Positions 47,701 to 58,266 of a stretch of DNA of 64,000 nt are shown here, piece by piece. Source of the DNA: Fistulifera solaris (Eukaryota); the NCBI GenBank assembly GCA_030295235.1, contig AP026137.1, forward strand, positions 620,001-684,000. The letters run 5' to 3'. A program made the translations under genes and the position numbers. Below the pieces are notes generated by a model, which did no database searches, was not told where the DNA came from, and saw nothing but the letters and a program-made list of their open reading frames with translations. The first letter of the stretch is position 1. Every line of letters begins with the position of its first letter.

Positions 47701-50700
47701 CAATTTCGACTTCATATGCGAGCTTATTATCGCTCTCATAAAGGAGCCAAAGTGGTATCGGCCACGTTAAGAATGTGGAAGCAACGGAAATCGTTTTTGC
47801 TGATGAGAAGAAGCGCAGTTTTAATTCAGGCTCACCAGCGGCGTCGGCATGCATCCGTGATTGCACAAAGGATCCGTGACCCTTTCTTTGACCTGAGTTT
47901 AGCCGAGTGTCGGTCCCTCTTACAGCAGAAGGAAGCCACCTTAGAAGCGGCTGTGTCCAGTAACGACTTTCAGTTAGCTGCCACTATTGAGTCGGAAATG
48001 TAAGTGCTCTGAGAAACGATCAGTACTCGCTTAGTACCTCTCTAATGTATCTTTTATCTTTTCCGATCAAAAAAGTGTCGAAGTTAGAAAAGCCATTTCA
48101 GACAAGCGTCCGCTTACTCGAGCAGTACTGGAAGAACGAATAGCTAGTGTTGAAAAGCGAATTAGCGAGGCCATCGAACGCAAGGCATACGGGGACTGCG
48201 CTCCATTGCAGTCCCAATTAGACGAATTAATTTCAAAACGGTTGGATTTGCCGACAATGAATGAGCTAGAGGATGAAGTTCAAAAAGCAGATAGAGGCTT
48301 GTCGGAGGCCGTTAAAGGAGAGATTTTGCTGGTGCGGCTGACTACCAGCAACGACTTGACAAGGCAAAGCAACGGCTGCAAAATGTGGTACAAAATATGG
48401 ATCCAGACGAGGTCGTTGAAAATAACAATCCGAAGAGCGGAACACATGATTTGAATTCATTTGAAGGTCGCTTCCAGCTGGATGAAGCTATTCAACGCCT
48501 AGTTGAGCAACAGAGAACGAAAGTGAAAGATAAGGACTTTCAGGGCGCGTCTTTGCTGCAAAGTGAAGTCGACCAACTTGAGAATATGAAGCAATTTTTT
48601 CCATCAATCGACGAACTGGAGCGTGAAATCAAAGGGTTGAAGATCATGTTGGAAGACGCGGTGAAAATGAAAAATTTCGAGTCAGCTGGGAAACTTGATC
48701 TTGACATCAAAGAAAAAGAAAAAGAAGCTGGAAAGGGAACTGACGAACAGACCTGACATGAATAGGTTGACCGCTACCTTATCGGATGGGACGACGCTGG
48801 CATTTGAAAGTCGCGCCAAACTCGAAAAAGAAATTCAGGCGAAGTCATCTTTGCAGTCGGAATGCGTGCTAGCAAAAGACTTCGAGAAAGCAAAAAGCTA
48901 CCAAGCTGATATGGATAAACTTACCGCCCTTCGTACTTTTCTGCCCAATAAAGGCGAACTTGTCAAACAGATTTGTGAAACCAAAGCGGAAATCGAAAGT
49001 GCCATAAAGACGAAGGATTTTTCAAAAGCGGATAAACTGGGTCGAAAGCTTGAAGCACTTGAGAAGAAAAGCGTCGAGGAGGAATCGCATGAGGTTACTA
49101 TCAAGGACGTTCCACTTACTGCTAAAGCAGTCTTATCAAGAAAAGGTTCTTCAACGTTAAACGGGGTTGCAAGACTTCGATCAAGTGAGGTTTCTGTACG
49201 GTCAGCTAATGCAAAAAATAATTCAGCTCAAAGTGCTAGCATTACACCATCTGCGGCCGCCACTCCTGGCAATCTCGGACGCCCTTCCACCATTCCGTCC
49301 ACTAGCTACAAATCCGTCGCGAAGCTGCGCCCCGCTGTGCCCCTAACAGGAGAATTAGATGAGTCCGTATTGGCAATCATCAAGAATATAGCAGCAAAGC
49401 GTGCGAACTCTGCTGTCATTATTGATAGCCAAGGAGGTCTCGCAGGAATCATTACCGATACCGACATCACTCGTCGAGTTGTAGCGAAGGACGTAGACCC
49501 CGCCACAACGAGCGTTGCCAAAGTAATGACGCCCAATCCCACGTGCGTCTCTCTAAGCGACTCAGCGTTAGATGCACTTTCGACCATGGTCGAGAATCGT
49601 TTCCGTCACCTTCCCGTCATCGACAGCGAGGGTTCCGTGGTCGGTCTCTTGGATATTGCCAAGTGTTTGAACGAGGCCATTTCAAAGCTCGAAAAGATCC
49701 AAGAGAAGAATAGTAAGAGCACACAGGATGTCGTTAGCCAGGTGGTCAGCCAACAAGGAGCCGGCGGTGCCCAGGCAGCTGCGTTGCAAGCGCTACTTGG
49801 GACTTTGATGAGTCAAGCATTTGGGACGCAATCGGCACCTACTCTTCGCAGCGTATTAGCAGGAAAGCCTTGTACGATTGTGAATCCTGATACTTCTTTG
49901 TATGATGCGGGCAGGTTGATGGCGGAGAACCGCAAGGCAGCATTGGTGGTTGATGAAGCGAGCGGAGAGTTAGTTGGGATCTTTGGTTTCAAAGATATGA
50001 TGAATCGGGCAATTGCAAAGAGTTACCGTTGGCTACGACACCAATATCCGAAGTAATGACTCCAAGTCCAGAATTCATGTCACCGGAGAATACTGTTCTC
50101 GAAGCACTTCAGACAATGCACGACAACCACATTTTGACGCTCCCTGTTTGTGAAGCCAGCGGTCAGGTGGTCGGGCTTGTGGACGTGATGGATGTCGTTT
50201 ACGGTTGTGGAGGCGCAGATGGATGGCGGTCTATTTTTAGCAGCACCATGGACTCCCAAGATGATGTTTCCGATGTAACTTCAGTCCGCAGCAGACCTGA
50301 GTCTCAACAAATAGCAACTGAGCGCCCCATGGCAAGTTTACATGAGTCCTCTGGCGAGCATCCCGTTTCGATGCTTCGTCCAATGAAGCCTCTTCTCTCG
50401 ACAGACCATGATTCTGTCCTAAATGTAGCTCAGTTTCTAACTGCAAAGAGAGGCGTTGCGGCCCTCATTACCAATTCAACTGGGGGGTTGGCGGGGATTG
50501 TCACTGACACGGACATTACTCGGCGTGTTGTCGCTATGGGTTTGTCCCCTGCCACAACCGAGGTCTCAAATGTTATGACCAAAAATCCGGCATGCGTAGC
50601 AACGACGGATTCGGCAATGGACGCATTGACTATCATGGTCGAAAACCACTTTCGTCATCTTCCGGTTGTCGACAGCGACCGTTCGATAATTGGCGTGATT

Positions 50701-52932
50701 GATATTGCCAAATGTTTAAGCGGCGCAATATCTTCATTAGAAAAAGCCCAAGCAAAAAGTGACAACAAGGCAAGGGAAACGATCAGTCACATTATGACTC
50801 AGAATGGTGTCGATGGTACTCAATCCGCCGCAGTGCAAGCCCTCTTAGGATCTCTTGTTTCTCAAGCCTTTGGCAACAAAGCGTTACCCACACTCCGTAG
50901 TATCTTGACCGGGAAGCCAAGGACGGTAGTTGGCCCTAGAACATCCATTTTCGAAGCTGCAAGAGCTATGGCCGAGAATCGAAAAGCCGCACTGGTTGTT
51001 GATGAAACGACGCAGTCCCTTGTGGGAATTTTCGGATTTAAAGACATGATGACTAGAGTAGTGGCAAAAGAACTGGATCTTGAAACGAATTCTGTTTCTT
51101 CTGTCATGACCCCAAACCCCGAGACAGTTTTACCTGATGTCTCTGTCCTTGAAGCTCTCCAAATGATGCACGACCACCACTTTCTCAATCTCCCCGTCTG
51201 TGATGCTGATGGTACCGTGGTTGGTCTCGTGGATGTAATGGATGTAATTCATGGCTGTGGAGGCGCAGATGGATGGAGATCTATTTTTAGCAGCGCCATG
51301 CACCTTAGAGGCGACGATGATGATGACCGGTCGGTTGCATCCTCCTCTGTCCACAGCATGGGGCGCTCAGTGAAGTCGAAACTTTTACCAGTAGCGAAGA
51401 AGCACGTATCCGATACGACGGTTGAGAAATTGAGACCATCGAAACCTATTCTGACCGACGATTCAAGCACAATCTTAGCCGTTACCCAAATTATCAAAAG
51501 CAAACGAGGGTCGGCTTCTATCATTATCACACCAGCAGGCGAGTTGACAGGAATCATCACCGATACCGACATCACTCGTCGAGTTGTAGCGAAGGACGTA
51601 GACGCCGCCACAACGAGCGTTGCCAAAGTAATGACGCCCAATCCCACGTGCGTCTCTCTTAGCGACTCAGCGTTAGATGCACTTTCGACCATGGTCGAGA
51701 ATCGTTTCCGTCACCTTCCCGTCATCGACAGCGAGGGTTCCGTGGTCGGTCTCTTGGATATTGCCAAGTGTTTGAACGAGGCCATTTCAAAGCTCGAAAA
51801 GATCCAAGAGAAGAATAGTAAGAGCACACAGGATGTCGTTAGCCAGGTGGTCAGCCAACAAGGAGCCGGCGGTGCCCAGGCAGCTGCGTTGCAAGCGCTA
51901 CTTGGGACTTTGATGAGTCAAGCATTTGGGACGCAATCGGCACCTACTCTTCGCAGCGTATTAGCAGGAAAGCCTTGTACGATTGTGAATCCTGATACTT
52001 CTTTGTATGATGCGGGCAGGTTGATGGCGGAGAATCGCAAGGCAGCTTTGGTGGTTGATGAAGCGAGCGGAGAGTTAGTTGGGATCTTTGGTTTCAAAGA
52101 CATGATGAATCGGGCAATTGCAAAAGAGTTACCGTTGGCTACGACACCAATATCCGAAGTAATGACTCCAAGTCCAGAATTCATGTCACCGGAGAATACT
52201 GTTCTCGAAGCACTTCAGACAATGCACGACAACCACATTTTGACGCTCCCTGTTTGTGAAGCCAGCGGTCAGGTGGTCGGGCTTGTGGACGTGATGGATG
52301 TTATTTACGGCTGTGGCGGTGCAGATGGATGGAGATCCATTTTCTCGAAAGCTATGGAAATTGACGAATCGACAGCATTGTCCGTAGAGGGATCCAATCT
52401 GGCACCAAGTAGTCGAATGTTTGAGTCGATTTCACGCCCCATGGCGGCGAAGGTCAAGCTTCCTGGAAATATCCCATCAACATTGGAATTCGTTGACAAC
52501 GATGTGAGTAGCGCGATGGACGATAGAGGAATGTCGAGAGTTTTTGGTCCAGAAGATGGGAGCGAATGCGGCGACTTGAAGGGTACTTTCAAGATTACAG
52601 ACTCAAAAGGACGTACACATCGAATCCGTTGCGAGCTCAAGCGTGGTGCTCTGGCCACAGCCATTTCGGAGAAGGCGGAGATAGAGCTCGACGGCTTCCA
52701 GGTTCAATATACTGATGAAGAAGGAGATTCGGTGGTTATTACCAGTGACGAAGATGTAGGGGAAGCATGGGCGGCCGCTCAAAAGGCTGGCAACAAAGTT
52801 GTTAAGCTTGATATGGTCTTCTTGACGAAGAAAGCCAACGGTCCCGATAGTCTGCTTTTGGCAGCCGGTGCTGTCTCGCTAGTCGCAATCTGTGCTTCTG
52901 CGTTTTTTGTTCTTAATCGCGGTAAAAAATAA
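44779..52932 (+). CDS. Class-29-type myosin: motor, IQ region, UVR-like helical repeats, 3 x (4 CBS), PB1, C-terminal TM; introns 44871-44939, 46973-47043, 48000-48075; about five 1-nt frameshifts
   Basis: GESGAGKT, NDNSSRFGK, LDIYGFE, NYCNEKLQ, PHYIRCIKPN; IQAHQRR; repeated DTDITRRVV / ENRFRHLPV CBS motifs; QYTDEEGDSVVITSDEDV (PB1); hydrophobic C-terminus. Confidence 0.92.
49443..52344 (+). repeat. Near-identical ~795-bp intragenic duplication (49443-50238 and 51548-52344)
   Basis: The two nucleotide copies differ only at scattered positions and by a 1-nt indel; the intervening CBS module is much more diverged. Confidence 0.95.
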
Positions 52933-53067
52933 GTTTCGTCAATTGAATGATGCTTATGTAAAACCAATGTTTTGCGCTCTATCTTCGGCAATAAATCAAG
53001 TCAGATAGATTGGAGTTGAAGCCTGGTTGGAGCTCTTTAAAGACTAAAGAGAGCTGCACTGCAAACC

Positions 53068-53185
53068 TTAGTCCGTAGTCCGTACTGGACTGTATGATGT
53101 AATTGTAGTATAGTCCGGTACGGACTGTAGTCCGGTCCGGTCCCGACTTGATAGTCGTCCGTGTTGCGAGTCCGGTGTAGACTCT
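53068..53185. repeat. Cluster of short AGTCCG(G)TAC/GGACT direct and inverted repeats
   Basis: agtccgtactggactgta (~53077) pairs with tatagtccggtacggact (~53109); AGTCCG recurs at least five times. Confidence 0.55.
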
Positions 53186-53427
53186 CTACATTGCATCCTA
53201 TAGTCATTCCCCAAGGTTATTGTGGGTCATTTTTCGAGTGGAACCAGTCAACATGCGTGGTTTCCGAAGTCCGAAACACACAACAACGATAAAAATACGT
53301 AGTAGCCTTTCTTGGGAAAAGTAACTGTCTTTTCGAGCCGCCCATTATTCGTAAGCTTTCATTACATCTGGGCGAAGCTTCAAATTCGTTTTCGTTTTGT
53401 TGAATCTCATTTTATTCTTGAAAGAAA

Positions 53428-54159
53428 ATGGACACTGCGACTGCCAAGGCACTACTTCAATCCGATGATGTTGCGAAGCTGCGAAAGGAAGCCATTTCTT
53501 TGCAAAATTACAACACCGACAGCAGTGATGAAGAGGAACAAATACTGAAGCTGCAACTACTGCTCTGGAATAGAATATTGCAACTTTCTGCAAGCGCTCC
53601 CGACGCGGAAAAAGCCGAAATATATGTATCGTCGGGCAACGTATGGATGCGTATGGGGGACAATGAGCGAGCATCGGGACAATTACAAAAGGCACTAGCG
53701 TTACAAAAGTCGGTGGGAGACTGTATCGCCATTGTAAAAACATTGCAATTGTTGGGGCAAGCCGCAGTCAACTCGAGTGATTACGGGGCTGCTACGGAAT
53801 ACCATCAAAAAGCCATTGCCGAGCTCGTAAATAACAACGAGCAACAATCGGAGTTGGCGTTAGCGTACAGCCAACTCGCTTCGGTTTTTGAGGTTCAATC
53901 CGAATTTGCTACAGCCTTACAATGGATTGATAAGGCGACGGATATATACGATAAAATTGGCAGTGACAAAGAGGATGAGATTGTTGCAGTTGTCGAGGCA
54001 CAAAGGGGAACCTTACAAGAGAAGTTGGGGGAGTACGAGCAAGCGGTGGTATCTTTGAGCAAGGCACATAATGCTCTTTTGAAAACGCGGGGAGAAGACC
54101 ATCCACGAACGCAAGAAATTTCATTTCTGCTCGAAATGGCTCGAAGTTTGGTTGACTGA
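53428..54159 (+). CDS. TPR-repeat protein (kinesin-light-chain-like TPRs)
   Basis: Four ~40-aa TPR units; C-terminal RGEDHPRT motif. Confidence 0.8.
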   Translation: MDTATAKALLQSDDVAKLRKEAISLQNYNTDSSDEEEQILKLQLLLWNRILQLSASAPDAEKAEIYVSSGNVWMRMGDNERASGQLQKALALQKSVGDCIAIVKTLQLLGQAAVNSSDYGAATEYHQKAIAELVNNNEQQSELALAYSQLASVFEVQSEFATALQWIDKATDIYDKIGSDKEDEIVAVVEAQRGTLQEKLGEYEQAVVSLSKAHNALLKTRGEDHPRTQEISFLLEMARSLVD

Positions 54160-54463
54160 TACCTTACAAAACGTTTTTGAAGCATTTAATCTAAATTACA
54201 AGACTCTTCATTTTGTACGTGCATTACTCGAGGGGCTAGAATTGCGTTATACACTGCTAAATCTAAGAAAAGTATAATCATCAAGAGCGTCGATACTATC
54301 AGAAACGATTAATTAAAGAAAAAAAACAACACCGAATGCGTGCAGCCAAAACTTTTCCCATCATCAAACGTGGATAAGATGAAAAGGTATAACATTCGTA
54401 TCAGTAAATCATAATTACACGAAATAAATTGATGCTGCTTTTGTATTTTTTATGTAGTAAAAG

Positions 54464-56323
54464 TTATTGATTCGTATCTTTACGATACTGCAGTAAGTCG
54501 GCAATGCTCGTCAAAATATATCCATGCTTTCGGCAAAATCGTCTCATTTCGGGAAGTCGCATCATCTCCACGGGATTGTCTTCGGAAACAATTTCACACA
54601 AGACACCAGCCGGTGCGCACCCTGCCAACCGTGACAAATCGACGGCAGCTTCAGTATGACCTTGTCGGGCCAAGACCCCACCTTGAACCGCCTGTAACGG
54701 AAAGATGTGTCCCGGGCGCTGCAAATCAGACGCTTGCGTCGAAGCTGCCGCCAACAATTGCACCGTTTTCGATCTGTCCGTGGCACTGATTCCCGTCGTG
54801 ATACCGTGTTCTTTTGTAGCGTCTACACTAACCCCAAAAGCAGTGCCTTTCGGATCTTCATTGTTTTTAACCATGGCATCAATTTGCAACTGTTCCATGC
54901 GATCTTTTCCAAAGCGACACAGATGACTCCACTGCTGTACTTTACAATTTGTGCCATATCACGAGGACTGCACTTGTCAGCCGCCATAATGAAGTCACCT
55001 TCATTTTCGCGATCCATATCATCCACAACCACCACCATTTCTCCACGAGCCATGGCAGCAATCGCCTTTTCGACCGATTCACGCCCAAAACAATAACCAT
55101 CTTCCTGTGACGCCACAACACCCTCAAGACCGTTTTCGTCGTCTTCGTCGTCTACCCCAACAGCTTCAGCAATGGCTTTCGCTTTTTCCTCTTCAACTAA
55201 TAATGAAACCTGAATTGCATTGGCGGTCAAGTCCGTTCCATTGGTAATGTATTCATCCGTCACATACAGCGGCAAGTTACTATTCCGCGAAAGCACATCA
55301 CTTTCATCAGTCCCCACCAAAGCCGCCAAATTGGCATGATGCATTCGATGGAACTTGGATTCCAAGTACTTTTGATTGTGAACGTTGGTTTTGGGAACGA
55401 CCATGGGGACCGTTCCACGCACGTCGACACCGGCCTGTTTCAACAATTCCACTTTCCGAGGATTGTTGGTCATGAGTTCAATCGACTGGATCCCCAAATC
55501 TTCCAAAATCGACGGCACGACACTATATTCTCGCAAATCTTCGGGGAATCCCAAATGCAAATTCGCGTCGACCGTATCCATTCCGTGATCTTGCAACTGA
55601 TACGCCGCCACCTTGTTTGCGAGACCGATTCCACGGCCTTCTTGTTGCAAGTAAATGATAAGACCTCCTTCTTTCTGTATTTTTAATAGAGCCATGTGGA
55701 GCTGTTCTTTGCAATCGCAACTGAAATCAATGTGAAGAACAAAACACGTTAAATGACCGTCAACTAGACTTGCCTACGAATGCTACTATCACGACACGTA
55801 CCGTTGACTGCGAAAGACTTCACTCGTTACACACTGATCATGAATGCGCACTTGTACCGGCTGAGTACTGTGAAAGGGTGGCATTTTCGGATTGTAAATG
55901 ACACAAGGTTCATGATTGAGTCGATTGGTCGGTTGCGGAATCCGATAGGCCCGCAATTGAAATTGTCCAATGTCGGTCGGTAATTTCGTTTCGGCGACAT
56001 ATTCGACCGGAGTGGCTTTCGTCAATGCCGTCGCTTTGCCATTTCGTGGCGTGTAAAAGCCATTCTTGTGGCTGCTGCTGCTGCTGTTGTTACTCTCGCC
56101 TTGCAATTGACATTTGGTGTCTTTTTTTAGGAATCGTCGTCGAACCTCCGCGCATGCGTCTCTGTGAATGCAATTTTCCCACCAAAAAGGGTGTACTGTG
56201 CGAAGAAGAGGCGAACGCATCGGAGCAACGACACAATATAAGCGTCATGACAATGAGCATCGATGATCTCATGAGGATCATATTATTCTGACGGCGTCGC
56301 TGTTGTCGTTGCAGCAGTGTCAT
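54464..56323 (-). CDS. ribAB: Bifunctional riboflavin biosynthesis enzyme with GTP cyclohydrolase II N-terminal and DHBP synthase C-terminal, plastid-targeted; intron 55721-55801; frameshifts at ~56125 and ~54906
   Basis: GCH II: VRIHDQCVTSEVFRSQRCDCKEQL, QEGRGIGLANK, DTVDANLHLGF, LMTNNPRK. DHBPS: VVVDDMDRENEGDFIMAA, TAFGVSVD, TTGISATDR, RPGHIFPL, RQGHTEAAVDL, GVLCEIV. Presequence ...CRCSDA|FASS. Confidence 0.93.
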
Positions 56324-57158
56324 GATTGTGTGTGTATTTGTATGTTTGTAGGGAAAGAATCGAGTTGTGCGGTTGTTAATGTGAGTAGCCAATAAAGGGA
56401 AGGCAGAGACGGCGTTTGTGACGTTGCTGCCGATGGCCGATGAGATGATGGGTCCGGTCTTGTTCGTTGAAGTTGAGGGCGACGGAGGGAAAATACGATG
56501 ATGAAACTCTCGAGCGCGAATGGCCTTTCACTTGTAAGCCGCTATTCTTGAATCACGATACGATGCTTTGAGTTGAATATCAATTGTGTAAGCGCGTCGA
56601 TCGTGTGCAGGTCACACTTTCAACACAAGAGAAACCAGCAAACCGTTCACGAGGCTCTTTGTTCTTTGCTTTTGTTCGTTTGGTTGCGCGTGGAAGGAGC
56701 GAGCGGAGCCTCTCTCCTCGTCATCATCGGAGGACGCGAAGAAGTTGCGGTGAAGTGAAAAGAGTACACGTTCGACGAGGTTCGTTTTGATAAATCAATG
56801 AATGGCCTACAGAAACGCCACCTGCGACGACGTGCGTATGAGTGTACCTGGTATGAGTAGAAAAGTCCACGTAGGTTTACGTGACGAGTGATCGGATGAG
56901 GGTCAGACGGAAATCACGGGACTGCATACATTCCGTGACTGGAAATAGGAAGCAAACAAACGAGACTACTTTCAAGCAAGAGGTAAAATTAACTATATAC
57001 CTTAGATGTACACAAGCGGCTTCGATGTATTTTTGCAACTAGGAGATCGGATTCACGGAGTTACAATAAATAATGCTCTCATCACTGCTCACTGCTCACT
57101 TTTTCCGAATAAACATACACCTCTGTTCGTTTTTGCAATGAAAGGAGACTTGGTACTT

Positions 57159-57589
57159 TTAACGTTCCATCACCTCCTTTTGTGTAACACAGAAACCGCA
57201 TTTCGGAAAAACTGTCAAACCAGCTACCGACACTGCGACGGGAACTTCTTCATTGCAAGGTAAAGCACAAGACAAGACAGCACAGCAGACGTGGCACTGT
57301 CCATTTATGATGCTGCATCCATCACATTCCGGTTGGATTCCGACACAACAGAATGGAAAAAGTAGGGGAGCACCCGGCTTGCAGCATACCTCGGCATTCA
57401 AGCAGCAGATACCGGCCTGCAAGAGATATGAGAAACTGTTTGTTTGACCAGAGAAACTTCAGCCAATCGACTTACTTTACCAGAGCAACCTATACAATCG
57501 CAGGTCGGATAAAGAGAAAGATTTACACAACAGAGTGCAAAACATAGAACAAGATTGTTCTCATCGACAGCATCGTCACCGCAACACAT
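57159..57589 (-). CDS. Small cysteine-rich protein (123 aa, 23 Cys); intron 57417-57475
   Basis: Exon 1 MCCGDDAVDENNLVLCFALCCVNLSLYPTCDCIGCSGK is joined by a GTAAG...CAG intron to AGICCLNAEVCCKPGAPLLFPFCC...KCGFCVTQKEVMER. Confidence 0.75.
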
Positions 57590-57773
57590 CTTATGAACTT
57601 TTTTTCTCAAAATGAAACAAATAATTATGAAGGATGGTCGTCAACTTCTTTTCTTTTTTTGTAGATGGCGCCCCAATTTCTTTCGAATGAAAATGGGTTG
57701 GCAAGGATGTTCGATCGTTCGAAACGCGAAAGACAACTCAATCGTGCTTTTGGAGGATGACGTCATGAGTGGT

Positions 57774-58040
57774 GACTATCATCCAAAGTGTTGATTTACG
57801 CGCCCAAGACTAAAATGCAGTCATGAGTTGAATTTATTGTCAAGCTGAATAGGAGTCGTCCGTGCTGACGGATGTCTCCCTTTTTAAAGCATGGTCAGCA
57901 AAGCAACGATGGGTTTATCTGTAAACAGCAATTCGATGTACAGTTCGATCATTTGCGGCGATAATGCTTGCGGAAAGATGTTTCTGATATTTACTGTAAG
58001 ACAATGTGTTGGTTCAAAAATCCACGACTGGATTTCGTCC
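57774..58040. repeat. Highly degenerate monomer of satellite family 1
   Basis: gactatcatccaaagtgtt...ccaagactaaaatgcagtcatga at ~57774 and actgtaagacaatgtgtt...ccacgactggatttcgtc at ~57993, about 217 bp apart. Confidence 0.55.
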
Positions 58041-58266
58041 CGGACTGAAAAACAGTCGACAGCAAGACGTCAAGAACCTACGGGAACTCTGTCTGCACTC
58101 GCTCGCACACTTGACGAAACACAACAAGCACCAAGCGGATAACAACTCGCACAAAGCAACAAGTCATTTCAAATCAAGTTGGTCATTCTATCAAATCATG
58201 CTCTATTCGTATACTGAAACAACCAAAATACTATAATCAAATCATTTCTATCTACAAGATAAAAGA

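Noticed and set aside
28450..56323. Programmed ribosomal frameshifting or mass pseudogenisation as the cause of split genes
   Set aside because: Shifts go in both directions, sit in varied homopolymers with no shared slippery motif, and one is contradicted by an intact internal duplicate. Sequencing error is more parsimonious.
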